Of a stretch of 64,000 nucleotides of DNA, positions 1 to 14,100 are shown piece by piece (position 1 is the stretch's first letter; each line of letters begins with the position of its first letter). The stretch is from Thalia democratica (lineage: Eukaryota): contig OZ241832.1 in the NCBI GenBank assembly GCA_965202585.1, forward strand, positions 33,976,001 to 34,040,000, given 5' to 3'. The translations under genes and the position numbers were made by a program. The notes under the pieces are model-generated. The model worked only from the letters and a program-made list of their open reading frames with translations, had not been told where the DNA came from and searched no databases.

Positions 1-343
1 GCCTTCACTACGTAATTAGACTAAGTGTATAAATAAACTTACATTAAACGCTTTATTTTATTATTTATAATTTTTTACATGTACTCTTTCTATTTTCAAT
101 ATCAACCTAACCAAGGTTTACAAATTTATACTATGTTTTAACTTGTCCTATTGAATACTATGTTAGGTATTACCAGTAATTACCAGAAGGTGAAAAAAAT
201 ACAGTTAGTATCAATGATTTGATCACCGAACTAACACTGTAAACTATTTCGTAAAGTATGTACTATTTTCATGCTTTAATAAAATTTTGTTTTTAAGTTT
301 TTTGTAGTGTTCTATTTTCAAAATAAAGCATATTTAAATGCCA

Positions 344-603
344 TTTTTTCAAAATTTTTTGCTTAAAGAAAACGAAAGACTTGATTTAAAAACTGTTTAA
401 TATTATTTATATTATTTAAGACGCACAAGTGTGGAAACACTTATCTGAAAAAAATCGGTTTCGATAGACAAGTTGGTCTTGTCAAGTTGTACTTAAATAT
501 AAAATACTTAAACAAAGATATTCTTTACTAAACAAAAATAATTCAAAACATTTAATCTGATTAGATATCTAATAAACTATTTACTCACTGTTTAGTATTT
601 AAA
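344..603 (+). repeat. ~260-bp dispersed repeat, copy A (copy B at 5984-6242)
   Basis: Collinear similarity with shared blocks TTTTTTGCTTAAAGAAAACGAAA and CAAGTTGGTCTTGTCAAGTTGTACT, same orientation. Confidence 0.85.
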
Positions 604-2155
604 TTTTGAATTTCGAATGAGTTTTGTTAATTAAAAAGAAAATTTAATTAATATAGCAGCTAATAGTTTATCTGATTATTGACGCAACTTAAATGTTTTT
701 TAAGTATAACCAGCATTAAACTTATATTAAAGAAAGTTTTGAGTGTTATACCGAAAGCTTTTAGTGTTTTTGGATTAACACAAAATTTTGAATTTTTTTT
801 GATATTTTTAGTCTCTGAGAGTCCATTAATTTTTAAACTTTACAAATATTACTTTATTTAAAGGAAACTTTTATTGGTTACTATTTAGCCAACTTTTTTT
901 CTACTAAAAGAAATAATAAAATCATATAAATGCAGTTGTTTAATTTATAATAACCAATTTTAATTTAACCAAGCTGTTTTTGTTATGGTGTGATAAATTA
1001 AATTAAAACAAATTTTAAAGCAAAAAAAGTAAACTTTTGATAGAAGTATTAAAACGGTTTGGGAACTATTCAAAGATTAACATTAAATCTAACCATTCAT
1101 AAAGTTTTGGTATTTTATCAAGCTTCGCTACAAAACCTTTTCTAAATAAATTATAAATTCAAAAGTTTAAAACAGAGTCTACTGAATAGATACTTTATTT
1201 GTAATGCATAGAAAAACAAAAACTAGACAATATTTCAAAAAATGGAAAAACTAAAGTATAAAACAGCAAAACAAGTACGAACAATATGTGGTACGAATAG
1301 TTAAGTTTTAACATGAAAAAGGCAAGTTGTACTAAATAACATTCAAAAAAATACTCAACTTTATGTATGATTAGAGATAGTCTGTAAAATTTTAACAAAA
1401 ACAAAATTTGAAGAAAACAATACTTTTTGGTCTTAAATAAATAAAAAACTCAGGCGGCTCACATAAAACCGATCAAAATTTGACTAAAAAAACTAGTGCA
1501 ACAAAAATCATACGTGCAATCTATGTAAATACAGCAGATAATAATAAAAACTATTTCATTTCAATATTTGTTTTATTTATAGATAAGTATAACAAGTGTA
1601 CAGTAAAACTATTTGGTTTGAAGAACTATTGTGATTTACTTGTTTAGTATTTTAAGCTATATCTAAGTTTTTTTGTAAAATTTTGAAACTTGTAAATAGT
1701 TTTCAAAAGGATTAACACAGTGATGCCATTTAATCAGCTTGTAAAGAAGTGCTAAGACGCTGTTATTTTATTAGTTTGTACTTGCTTACAATTCGTCGTT
1801 TTTTTTTTAAGTAAAGATTTATTAGTATCTTAGTTCTTACAAGTTAGTCGTTACACACCTAATGATCTGTGCTGGAAAACAAGTCAAAATACTAGAACAA
1901 AAATTTTGTGTAGTTAAAATTTTTCCAAGGTGATTCAAACAAAACATTTTAAACGTGAATGCATACTTATCTCGTGACATGTTTTAAACGTGAATAAACG
2001 CTTAAATAAAAATATTGTAATGAAGAAAACACTTTTCCTAAAATTTCTTAGCAAAACGCCCTCCAAATCTCCTAAAGTTCTCTTTATTTGGTCATTTGCT
2101 CTACGTCTTTAGTGGGACTCGTCTAAAATAGCAGTTCATTCTTTGTACTTAAGAG

Positions 2156-5100
2156 CTAACCGTTCGGTAGACTGCAAAAAAAAAGTAAGTTGATTTACAA
2201 AAACTTAAACTGAGTATAAAAGGAAATACCTGGCGTAGCTGTAATGACTGGAAATGTTTGATTGAACTTCGTTCTTCTTTGTAATTAGTTGCATTTTTAT
2301 ATAAGGGACTGAAAAACTTCGTTGGCAGGTTGTTTTGTCAAAAGCAGAAAACTTTATACTCGTTTCAGAACTCTCTAAAAATACTGAAAGGTAACTTTAA
2401 ACTTATCTGTCTAACACAATAGTAGTTAATCAATCTTTTCTCCAAGTATATACAATATAAATTGCTTGTTAATATTAGAAAAGTATATATTTCAGATATT
2501 TAACATTTAGTTTTTGAAAACTAATATAAAGCTAGTATCAAGGTCGTAAAGGGTGTTTTTTTGATAAACTAAAAACTTTTTTTAATTGTACAGTTTTTTT
2601 CGAAAAACAAATTTTATGTTTAGTTACTTTTTAATAAAAACTACTATTTATATATATTTTTATAGACTCCTTACCATTTTTGTCTTCTATTTCCTTTATG
2701 TTCTTTGTTCCTTCAGTTTGAGAAAAATTTATGTCTTTTTTCAAAGTTTTGTTAACCTTTTTTTAATATTTACACTTGTTTTTATCTTTTATTAGCTTAA
2801 GTTTTTTTTTATAAACTCACTAACATTTAGACTCGGCATTGAACAAAACTGATGGTCTGAAAACTGATCGTTTTCAAAGTTGTTTTCACTCTCAAGGTTA
2901 CAACTTGTAAAGTATTTATGCTTCGGGCTTAAACTCTCGCTGAAGGTGAATGACGCATCCTTTAGCTACGTTTGGTTAAAAAAAGTAAGTTTTTTTGTTG
3001 ATAAAAAACCATGGCTAAAATTTATTTTATAACCAAACTAGGTAGAGTATAAAATTTGCTGTAGTAAAAGTTAAAATACTTAAACTTTCGATAATTTTTT
3101 AGAAGTTTTATTTTTAAAAAAATATGAATACTTTTAAAAAGTTTAAAGTAAACTTTCTAATATAAATAAGAATTTTCTCACTTTTTTATTTTCCTCTAGT
3201 GAAAAAGTGCTCTCGTTTTCCTAAAATTTTTAACATTTTATCAAATATTAAAACCATTTATTTTAACCTTATAACATGTATAAACTTTTTTTTCATATTT
3301 CACGGAAGTTATTTTATTTGAAAGGATAAAACAAGCAGGTTTCATTAACACAAATTAAAATGGTGTTTACGTAAAGGACTAAACCAAGATAATTCAAAAC
3401 ATTTTATTAACAAACTTACGAGTAACTGATCGCTTGTGACGTCACATTTGACGTCATCGTCTTCGTCGTCTTCTTCGTACCCTTCGTCGTTTTCATCTTG
3501 TCTGCTGTCTTCAAGTTGCTGTTAATATTCAATAGTTATTAAACTTACGACACCAAGAGTTGTTTAAATTGTTTCTTTAACTTACGAAGTTTCCTGAGCA
3601 TACGTTTCTAACAAAACTCATGGAAAACATCATGTTTTATTTATATATTCAAAATTATTTTTAGCAAAAACAACTTAACATCTGTAAACAAAACATATTA
3701 TTTCACAACAGGGAAACCACCTTCATCAGAACTGCCACCACCACGTTCACCATGACGAACTGGGCCATCATGACGAAGACGACGAAGTACAGGGGGGAAA
3801 GCACCTGCACCATCCAGCAGTCGCCCCCGTGCGGGCACCTCAGCGTGTCCTTCAGGATGCCGTTCCAGTTGTCGCCGGTCGATATGCGGAACAGCGTCAG
3901 CAAGGCGATGCCGAAGTTGGAGAAGGAAGCGTGCCTGCCCAGCGCGTCGCAAGGAAAATTTTCGTCGCATGCTGGCGTAGGAGAGAAGCGTTTTGTTGAT
4001 ATGTGTGAAAACGATTTAGAAGCTTGCTATTTATATTTACTACTTTCTATGTTGTTTTGCTACTACAATTACGACTAGAAAGGTAGGTGTTTCAAATTGC
4101 TTTGTATCGAGAAGTTTTGACAGCATTAAAACTTTTATATAGATAATTTAACTAATTGAAAAACTGTTAAAAAACCAAAACATTACTTTTTACTAGTTCT
4201 TTTTTTTTATAGTGTTTAACAACTTTTAAAGTTATAAAAAACAACTTACTTATATCTCCAAAAAGTTCTACTCCGAGAGCAGCAAATATGAAGAAAAGAA
4301 GGAGAAAAAGCATGCCTAGATTACCAACTTGGGGTATCGCCTTGGCAACCGTTTCTAACAACGACCTTATTCCGTTTGAAATTTTCATTAGCTTTAAAAC
4401 TGAAAAAAAAGTTGTAGTTGCGTTGTGCTAAAAATAACCAATTAAAAACTATTTTTTAACTAAACTTAGCACATTTAAATAACGAATTTAACTCATAATA
4501 GTTAACAAAGCTATCAGCTGAAACCTCTTGCAACTCTAAGAACTCTCATGACTCGAATAATCGAAGGTTGAATTTCAAAAGCGTCGCCCGTGTACTCTTC
4601 GATGACGATACCGACCACTGATGAAATCACGATGAGAATGTCCAGAATGTTCCACCTGAATGTTTATTTTGTCTCGGTTGGCATACTAAAGCAACGTTGA
4701 AGCTGATTTCAAACTAAAGTAAGACAGGTACACAAATTGCAACTTACTTATTGTTTATTTAGCAATAAAAAGATATTTGAAAAAATACTTTTATTGTTTT
4801 AAAAAATATAATAGTCAGGTTAACTTAATAACATAATACTAATGAAGTAACGTTATAACAAATTTAACTACAGGTTGTTAAGAAAGCTTTGTTGTATAAA
4901 AAAAGAACTTAAACTAACTTTTCCCTGAAATAACGCAGTAAACCGAATGATAGAAGTTTCAAAAGGGCCTCTATGACAAAAACAAAAGTGAAAACAAAGT
5001 TTGCCCATCTCAAAATTTGATCTAGCTCCTGAGAATACACTTGCTTTAAAAACTGTTTACATTTTTTATCGCTTTCAAAACAAGATGCTTGTAGATGATG

Positions 5101-8100
5101 CTTTAAAATCTATTTTCACACAGTACAGATACGTTAAAAAATAGCCTTTAAACATGCTAGAATAGACTTGAAAACTTAAACAATCTTGCCTTTAATAGTG
5201 ATAAGTCAAAATATTTTGTTTAAACAGGTTTTAAAATTTACTTTTGCTTTTTTAACATGATAAATTTTCTTTATTATACTTTGAAAAGTATAGTCTCAGT
5301 ATAAAAGCAAGTTTTTTTAATGTTTGATTTTTTTGTTACTTTTTATTATAATTAATTTTATAAATACTTGGTAGATATACAAAACAACAAGAATTACACT
5401 TTTATTAATTAACACTTTGACTAAAATTTTTAATCAACAAGAATTTACATAACAACAGATTACAAAGTATTGTGTATTAATAACAAGCTGATAAAAAGCT
5501 AAAGTTGATGCTTTACATTACTAAAGACTACACAACATGTTTGCACTTGATAGTTATATTTTAGCAACATTTACAAAACAAACTTCAGGTTGTTGATAGT
5601 GTTCAGCAGCCATTGTCAGAATATTCAAACCAATCACGCTTGAAATACCGATTTCAAAACCCTTATGCACGCATAATTCGTGCAACTTTCTTCTCCATAA
5701 AGGGTACTTCATATAATATTTTCCATCTTAAATTTTACAAATAAATTTGTCTAAAGTTTAATTTTTCTATACTAGTTTTATGAATACAAAACGATATTAC
5801 AGTGTGTATGTTAGCAAACTAAATCACCGCAACGCTGTTTCATATTTAAGTCGTTTTTTTTTCTAACACGTTGTTCTCTTGCTACTTAAATCGAATAGTT
5901 TTTGTTTCGCCCTTTTTACACCAAAAAAAAAGTTCATTGAAATACAAAAGCTTTTATCAAAACAACTGATTTCTTAACTTAAATTTTTTTCAAGATTTTT
6001 TGCTTAAAGAAAACGAAAACCTTGATTTGTAAATTATTTGATATTTATTAAAGTATTTAAGACGTACGAGTGTCGAAATACTTATCTGAAAAATCAGTTT
6101 CGATAGGCAAGTTGGTCTTGTCAAGTTGTACTAAAATATAAAACACTTAAACAAAGATATTCTGTACTAAGCAAATACAAGTCAAAAACTTTAATCCGAA
6201 TAAATGTCTAATAAACTATCTACTCACTATATGGCATTTAAAGTTCTAATTTGAATAGGTTTTGTTAAATCGAATGATTTCTTCACTCACCTCTGAAGCA
6301 CGTGCTGTAGAAATTTTTGGCGTTTTTCAGCGCGTTGGCGCACTTTCTCCTCACAACACCCAGCATCTCGTACTTCCTCCTGCTGCCCGACCGCCTCCCC
6401 CTCCCGCTCAACCGCTTCCTCTCCAAACGAGCCAGCTTTCGCATCTTTCTCTCCTGAAAATTAAATAAAAATGCGTTTCAAAACAAAATGCAAACAAATC
6501 AACCACAGGTGTTTTGAACAAGCAATTGCTCAACAACTAAAAAGCGTGCCTCGCTTGAAAAGTGTAACCTGTTTTCTTTTTACTTCTTCAAGCTCGTGCT
6601 CCTCCCTGCAGCGGTGGAAGTTTTCAACGACGACCCCGACGAACATGTTGATGACGAAGAAGCCCACTATCAGGATGAACGAGATTATGTAGACCAGCAT
6701 CCACAAGTTGTAGTCCCGCATCGGCTGCGAAAATCGTGAAGTTTAAATCAGGAACGGTAGACTTTTTAAACCTTAAAAGTTGAGGTGCTAATGCTTATCG
6801 CGATTTCAAAAACTAAATGGATGCACTAAATTATAAATATAACTAAGTTATGTTTTTATTACACTTAAAAAAGATTGAAAGAAATGTAAAGCAGTAACGC
6901 GCTTAGTTAAAGTAGAACTATTGAAAACTTGTAACAGCATGACAGTTATTTTTAAACTAGTGCTTAATTTGTTTATACAACAGCAACCGAACCTGCTGGT
7001 CAGCCGCTGTGGCGTCTATTGCATTGTACATGATCTCCACCCAGCCGTCTTTCGACGCGAGGACGAACAACGCCATCAGTGCTTGGATCAAATTGTCGAA
7101 GTTGTACCTTTGGTTAGAAAAAAGTGTTTAAACAACCTATTACAAAATAAAGATAGCGTTTTAATGGTGTAAGAAAAACTGTTTTAAGCCATGTAGTGGT
7201 CTTGTAGCTCTATTTATATCCATTTAAACTGCAATATCAGATTAGATACATTGAAGATTTTATAAAATAACTGTTGCGTTAAAAAATAAGATAAAACTTT
7301 TAAGCTGAAAAACTTAACAAATAATAACTAAACTTTCTATCTAAACTAATTTTAAATATACTCAACATTTTATTTTAATTAAAAAAGCTAACTGTCTGGT
7401 GTGCCACACTCGGTTCTTTACTTCTTCGCAGTCCGTTTTGTTGTATGCACGCGGATCCTCACAATAACCGAACTTTCCTTTCAACAGCTTTAACACAGTT
7501 CATACGTCAAAAGTATTTAAGCAACAAGCTGGTTAATATATCTACGGTTAAAAGGCATTTTACAGCCTGCAATATTATATTATAAAATATTTAAGACTTC
7601 TTTAGAGAGTTGAAAAATATCAAGCTCTTATTCATGTTAATAAAGTTACCTGAACTCCGAGTATTCCGAATATGACAAAGAAAGCGCAGCAGATGAGCAC
7701 GATATTTCCTATTGGTTTCAAGGAAGACAGCAGCGTTCTGACGACTAATTTCAAACCAGGGGCTCGATTGATCACCCTGTAAAATTATCATGTAGACACT
7801 TGTATCCAAATATAAAATATCATTTTTATCATTTACACTTTTATACTTTAATTTACTGCTTAAAATATACAGTAACTTTTATAGTATTTTACAATGTAAA
7901 TATTTGTTTTACAGGTAAGAGCGTACCTCAACGGCCGTAGTGCTCTCAAAAGCCTGAAAACTCTGAAGACACTGAATATGTTAGTGGAGTTGTGAACATC
8001 CGACATTATGTGCACCACCAAGTCAAACAATGAAGTCGCCACTAAAATGCAGTCTAGCACGTTCCAACCGCTAAAAATTATTGTTCACGCGTTAAAAAAG

Positions 8101-11100
8101 TTTCTTAAAAATATGAAAAATGATTAACTAAAATAGTTGTTTAACTAATTAATTATTTGTATAGTTTATAAACTGCTGTAAGGAATACTTTAACTAATTG
8201 TTACTTAGTAGTTAATACCGTATTAGTTATGTGTTTAATTACTACCGTGTTGTTGTAAACTTTGAAAAGTTTACATTAAAACTTCTTCTAGTGCCTGAAG
8301 TATACATAACTTAAAAGTTTCTTTTGATCAGTAAAGGTTCATTTTTAAAAGGTTTTAGGGAATTTTTATTGTAAATTATATCGTCAGATAACAAAACTAC
8401 TTTGCAACTACTGGTCTTCAGATAATAAGTAAACTTGTGTCCATGACTAACTGTTTTACAATTGATAAAATTGAACACAACTGACCTGCTTAAGTATGCA
8501 CTTTTTCCGATATAAAATCCGTGAGCAAGGACCTTCATGGCCATTTCAAGAGTAAATATTGCAGTGAAAAGATGGTCCAACAGTTTCAGCGTTTCATTCA
8601 GCTGTTAAAAAGTTCTTTTCAATTACCGTGTTTTCATTATACAAAAAATAAAAATAACCAAACGTATTACTTATCTTTTATTAACTTTTATTAGTTATTT
8701 TAGTTTCGTTTAATTTAAATTTTCTATAATACAAAAAAAACATACTTTATCATGTTCTGCAGCTTCAGGTTTTTCTAATGTTATCGTGATGCAATTAGCC
8801 ATGATAAAGACAAGAATAAAAAAGTCAAACTGCTTCTTTTTGACAATTCTTCCAAGAGCTTGTCGGAACCTAAAAACAGATGTTAAATTTTCATACAGAA
8901 TACGAACACTTATTAAAAAAAATAAAACTTTTTAACTTTTTCTATCTGATTTATAAACTTGAAATCAAAGAGACCTGCTGCTCGGTGGGAGGATATACAA
9001 GGACCATTCCCTTCTTTTTTCAATAAAAGGACGGATTGTGTCAGTTCTGAATCTTTCAAAACAGTTGTCTGTTGGGTGGTGCTGCAAAAATTTAAAGATG
9101 TTTGAAAAGTTTTTAAGCTCAACGTTTAATTTTTTATTTATTTATTTTTGTCTCTTAAAAATTTCAAATAACTATTAACTGCATGTATGTTGTGTTTATC
9201 TTTTATTTTTCCTAATTGTAAAACACTAAACACTAAAGTAACTAGAAGACATTTTACTCTTTTTTAACTCCAACGAAAACTTTTAAACTTTATAACCGTT
9301 TTTAAGTTTTTTTTTAAATCTATCAGTTAAATTACAGTATAAACAGTTAAGGAAAACATTAACAAAAGAGGCTGCAAAATTTTTAGGGCTTTTTTTTTTT
9401 ATTAACTAACGTGATCTACGTATCCAGCTGGTTTTAACTTTTTTTCAGTTTTTATTTGTCTATTTTCTAGCTCACTATCCGAACTTTCATAAGACAAATT
9501 ACTAAAAGACTTTTCCATTTCCCGGCGTTTTTTCTTTATGGCTTTTAGTGAAAACTTTGAGCCATTTTTATTACCTAAAAAAAAACTTTATTATTTTAAG
9601 TAGTTAAAGTTTGTGCTTGGTTCCACGTTTAAAAAGTTTCTACCTAGGTTTTCTGTGTAATTTTGTTTAAATAAAACAACAAATATAAAACACTAACTAG
9701 CAAAGCAAGTAAACGAGAAGTAAAATTAAAAACAGGCTGACACAAATCACCTTTAATCTGGTCGAATCCGATTGGCTGAGACGAGGAACGCTCCAACGCC
9801 ATTGGCTGAGACAATCTCGTGTGCCACCCCGGCTTGCTCACGCTCTTGTACGATGACTGATTAAAAAATAGCCGGATAAAAATTAAACTAATTATTTCTA
9901 AGTAAACTTTGAAACAAAAACAAATGTTTTTCCTCTTTTACTTTTGTATATAAAAAACAGCAAAGCAGCCTTGTATTTTGAAATGTTGTTTGCGTGCAAA
10001 AGCGCCTTGTTCACTAATCTCGTCAAAACTATATTTACCTTATAATCAGATAGAAACACTTAATCTTAGTTTCTTAGCTTATAATCTAATAGTTTCTATG
10101 TATCGAAATCTTTAACGATTATACATTTTAGATATTAAAGTTTAGGAGTAATAATTTGATGTGTTCATATATTATTTGTATTGCAATAATGAAAGTATAC
10201 TTAAAGTATCAAAACACTTTTTAACTTTTAATACTTAACTAATGCTTGACTCAAAAGTTTTAAAGTCTAGTAGTATTTAGAATTCTTCTTTCTTACACTA
10301 TAAACTGAATATAGGTTTGTACTATATGTAACAAGGCTTGTTTGCTCATCTGACTTTAAACTAACTCATTTAAAACATTAAATTTTCCTAATTTTATAAA
10401 CTTTTATGGCGATAGTGTAGAAAGTTATAAAAAAACGTTTCATACTTAAACAAAACCAAAATTAAATGTAACAAGAAAACATAGGCTGTCTTAAACTGAA
10501 ATGATACTAGATTTAAACACACATATATATATAATTGTTTTCTGACACAAATAATAGTAATAATAGTTTTCATAAGATAGAAACTCACACAAATGCTAGT
10601 TCTGTTCGGACTGTTAGCAGAGTGAGTGCTCGAGTCTATGAATCTCAGGTCGTTCAACTGCACATCTTCGGCCATCCGCGCAGTTTCCAAACAAGCTGAC
10701 AAATCGCAACTGTTGACCACTTGGTGATGCTGTTTCTCTGCAGCTTGTTTCAATTGTTTTTGAACTGGGCTCGGAGTGTGAACTGGAGTCGCGGCGGTGT
10801 GAGTGATGACAGGCAGGTTTGCGCTCAGCTTCGAAGCCTCTGAAAATAACAAAACAGTAATGAATAGTGTAACTTTGGAAACAGTTGTCTAACTTAAATT
10901 TAATAAACCTTTTATAACAAAAGTTTTGTTTAATTTTTTTTTTTAATTTAGGTTTTAGTTTTGAGACTAAATAAATTTTTACACCTTAAGAAAAAAACTT
11001 AACAAAAACTTTTACCAATAATATCGTAGCTTGTATTTTTGTTGGACAGTTGACCGTTGGTCAATTGAATACTTTTTATTGAAGATTCGACTTCTGAAGA

Positions 11101-14100
11101 CAAATCTTCACTAGTCGAGTTTGCGGCCGCCTGTTTTTGTTTTTTGATTATCATACCAACAGCGTAATTCAAATACAATATTATTTTGACATTTTAAATA
11201 ATAGTAAAAGAAAATAAATACTATTTTTTTTCTTTAGTATTGAAGGCATGCTTTACCAACGTTACTAAAGTGCATGAGGAGGTAAACCTTTACAGATTTT
11301 TTACGTTAGGTCATCAGTTTGTTTTTCAAAACTGTGTCAGCTTAAAACATATGATTAGTTGAAAAAACTATTGCATAATTGAACAAAAAATAGTAGATAA
11401 TTTGAATCTGGTTTGCACACATAACCTTCTATGTTTATATAGAAATGAAATCATTATGTGCTTGCGTATAAAATCGATTAAATTAGTTTAAGTTTTCTTC
11501 AAAGAGCAAAAATAAGTTTTTTTTGTAAATAGTTCTAAGCTAAAGAATACATAAGTGCGGTTTTAAAATTAATGTAAAAAATAAAAATGTAGTTGTTTTT
11601 GACATTTATGTAACTACTAAATGATTAAATGTTCATTTAAAATTTATGCTAGTTATTTTATTTATATCAACTGTGTTAGGTTAGATACTTTTCAAATTTA
11701 TCATTATTTGCAGTTAAATTTTTATGGAATGAAGTTTAAATAAAAAAATTGTCTACATTTTTCACGTATTAAACATTACTGAGTTTTTTTTAATCATTTT
11801 GAAACAAAACATAAAACAAACGTCACAAGTCGAGGTGGTGGAGGAAAGTTCCGAAAATTCCTCCTGACATCTGACTTCCTGGTACCGCGACCGCGTCGTT
11901 CTCAATACCGCCTTTATTACGTCACTGTCATCGTCGTCGTCGCTGGGTGGCGATGTTCGCGACTGAATACGTCACAACGATGAAGTGAGAATTGTTATTA
12001 CTCGACAATGAGACTTAGTTACAATTTTAACGACATTGAAACGACAAGGTGATCAGCGGTTCTCAAACAGACATGACAGTTAAGTTTAGTTAGGCAAAGT
12101 TGGTAATGAATTGTTGAACACAATAATAAAATCGACGCTTAAAAATTTAGTCAAAGGACCTGGTTAATAAAAACTTTCAGTCATCAAATACCAAATATTT
12201 ACTATAGCTATTTTAAGCTAATAAAAAAGACTTTGTTTTGCTTTACTTGATTAGTTTATCTTATAAGTGAGCGTAGTCTCCAAAAACAGTAAAGCGGAGA
12301 GATTAAAAATGTTTAAGAGCAATTGATTTAAATGGTGATAAACAGCAAATGTATCACTCAATCTATACATGAAAAAAATTAAACTATGTGACAAAATGAA
12401 TTTAAACCAACACGCTCGAGTATTTTCATCAACAAAGTACTTTCGTTTTGAAATGAAAACTAACTTCGGTTTGGAAGCCTTCGACGAGGATGGCGACGAG
12501 CAGGTTGAAGAGGACGAAGTTGCCAACGGCAACCAGGGATATGAAGTAGACGGATGCCCAGGGCGAGGTTGCGTCCATGCCGTTGTACAGGACCACGTTC
12601 CAATCTTCCTGCGTCAATATCTGCAGGGAAATATTAATTATTTTTAACAAGATTTTCTTACGTTTGTTAAATAGAAACTTCATAAAACAGTAACAACAAT
12701 TGCTTTTAATTTGTGTCTGACTTTATAGTTTTTCAGAAAAAAAGTGAGTTATTTTTTTAATTAGACAATAAAATTTAAATGTAAGTAATTAAAGAACCTG
12801 TTAACAAGTAAATAAACTTATAAATGCACTGATTTGGATGTTCTACCTTAATTAAATTAGTTTTATCCAATTAAAATAGCCTTGCTACATAAAAACACTA
12901 AACGTAAAATACTGTAGAACCTAAAGCACTAAATTAAACAAGGCTAAAACATAAGCTTACAAAATAAAATCATCTTGATGAAATAAATTAGTTTGTTAAA
13001 AAAAATTTAATTAAACTCATAAAAAGACCTGAAAAACGGTAACAAATGCCCACAGAAGCGAGTCGAAGTTTTTCCTGTCGCACTCGGTATCTCCGCTCCC
13101 GTCTGACTTCACCCAGCAAAACTTGCACCCGAACAAGTGCATGCCCAGGATGCTGAACAGTTTTTTCAAAGTATTAATTATTTTTTAAATGCAAAAGATA
13201 TAGTTTTAGCTGGTTTCAATTTTTATATAGTAGCTTAACAGCCTCAAAGAACTCAAGCGTGATAAATATTTTTTTATAACTTTGTTAGAATTTATTCGCA
13301 CAAAAAACCAATTACCTGTAAATAAAAATGAACAGCAGCAGTAGCATCATGAACGTCACCACGTTGTCCATGGTTTTCACGAGGACCACCACTTGGCGCT
13401 GCAGAGCGGGCAAGAACCTCACCAGCTTGAAAACCCGCAGCAGCCTGAAGGTTCTCAAAACTGAAAAGCCCTCGAGGCCGTGCGAGCAGGCGATCTCGAT
13501 GACGCTGGTTAAATTGTTTGTTTACAACCGACTGAATGCAAAATTGTAGCTTTAAAAAGAATACTAATACCGCAAAATATTTGTAAAAAATCTGAAAATT
13601 TCGCAGAGAGTGATCAGTATATTTTAAATAAATAAGTATAGTTTTTAAAACATATTATAGTTTGTGGAAACATTTTTTGAAATCCCACTGTAATTATTCT
13701 AAAACCGATTGCTCATACAGACTACCGCAGGAAGTAGTTCATAACTGAAATTGTTACAACTTTTTTTTTACATTAAAATAATTTTGATAAAAGTAAACTG
13801 ATTTTGAAGCGTTTTTTCGTAATTTGCTGTAAAGCTAAATAACTATTTCGTGCTGAAAGAGCAACAGCATTTTCGAGAAAAAGTTTTGTAACTCTAATTA
13901 GATTTATTTTACGCTGCCACAGAAAGTTCCTGTAAAAATTTATCCACGCAACTGCTTAAATTGCTGAAAGGCGCAGTAGATTTAATTAGTTTAAAAAGTT
14001 ATTTAAGTTTTTTTTTATAAAACAACATTTTAAGCACTGTTGTTGCTAGATCTACCAATATGCTACCTAAAAATATGTTATACACGATTAGAAAAGTAGA

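Noticed and set aside
12621-13315. Search for an alternative domain II turret exon (12b)
   Set aside because: Flanking introns are short and AT-rich with no Cys-rich DRKNFD-like frame
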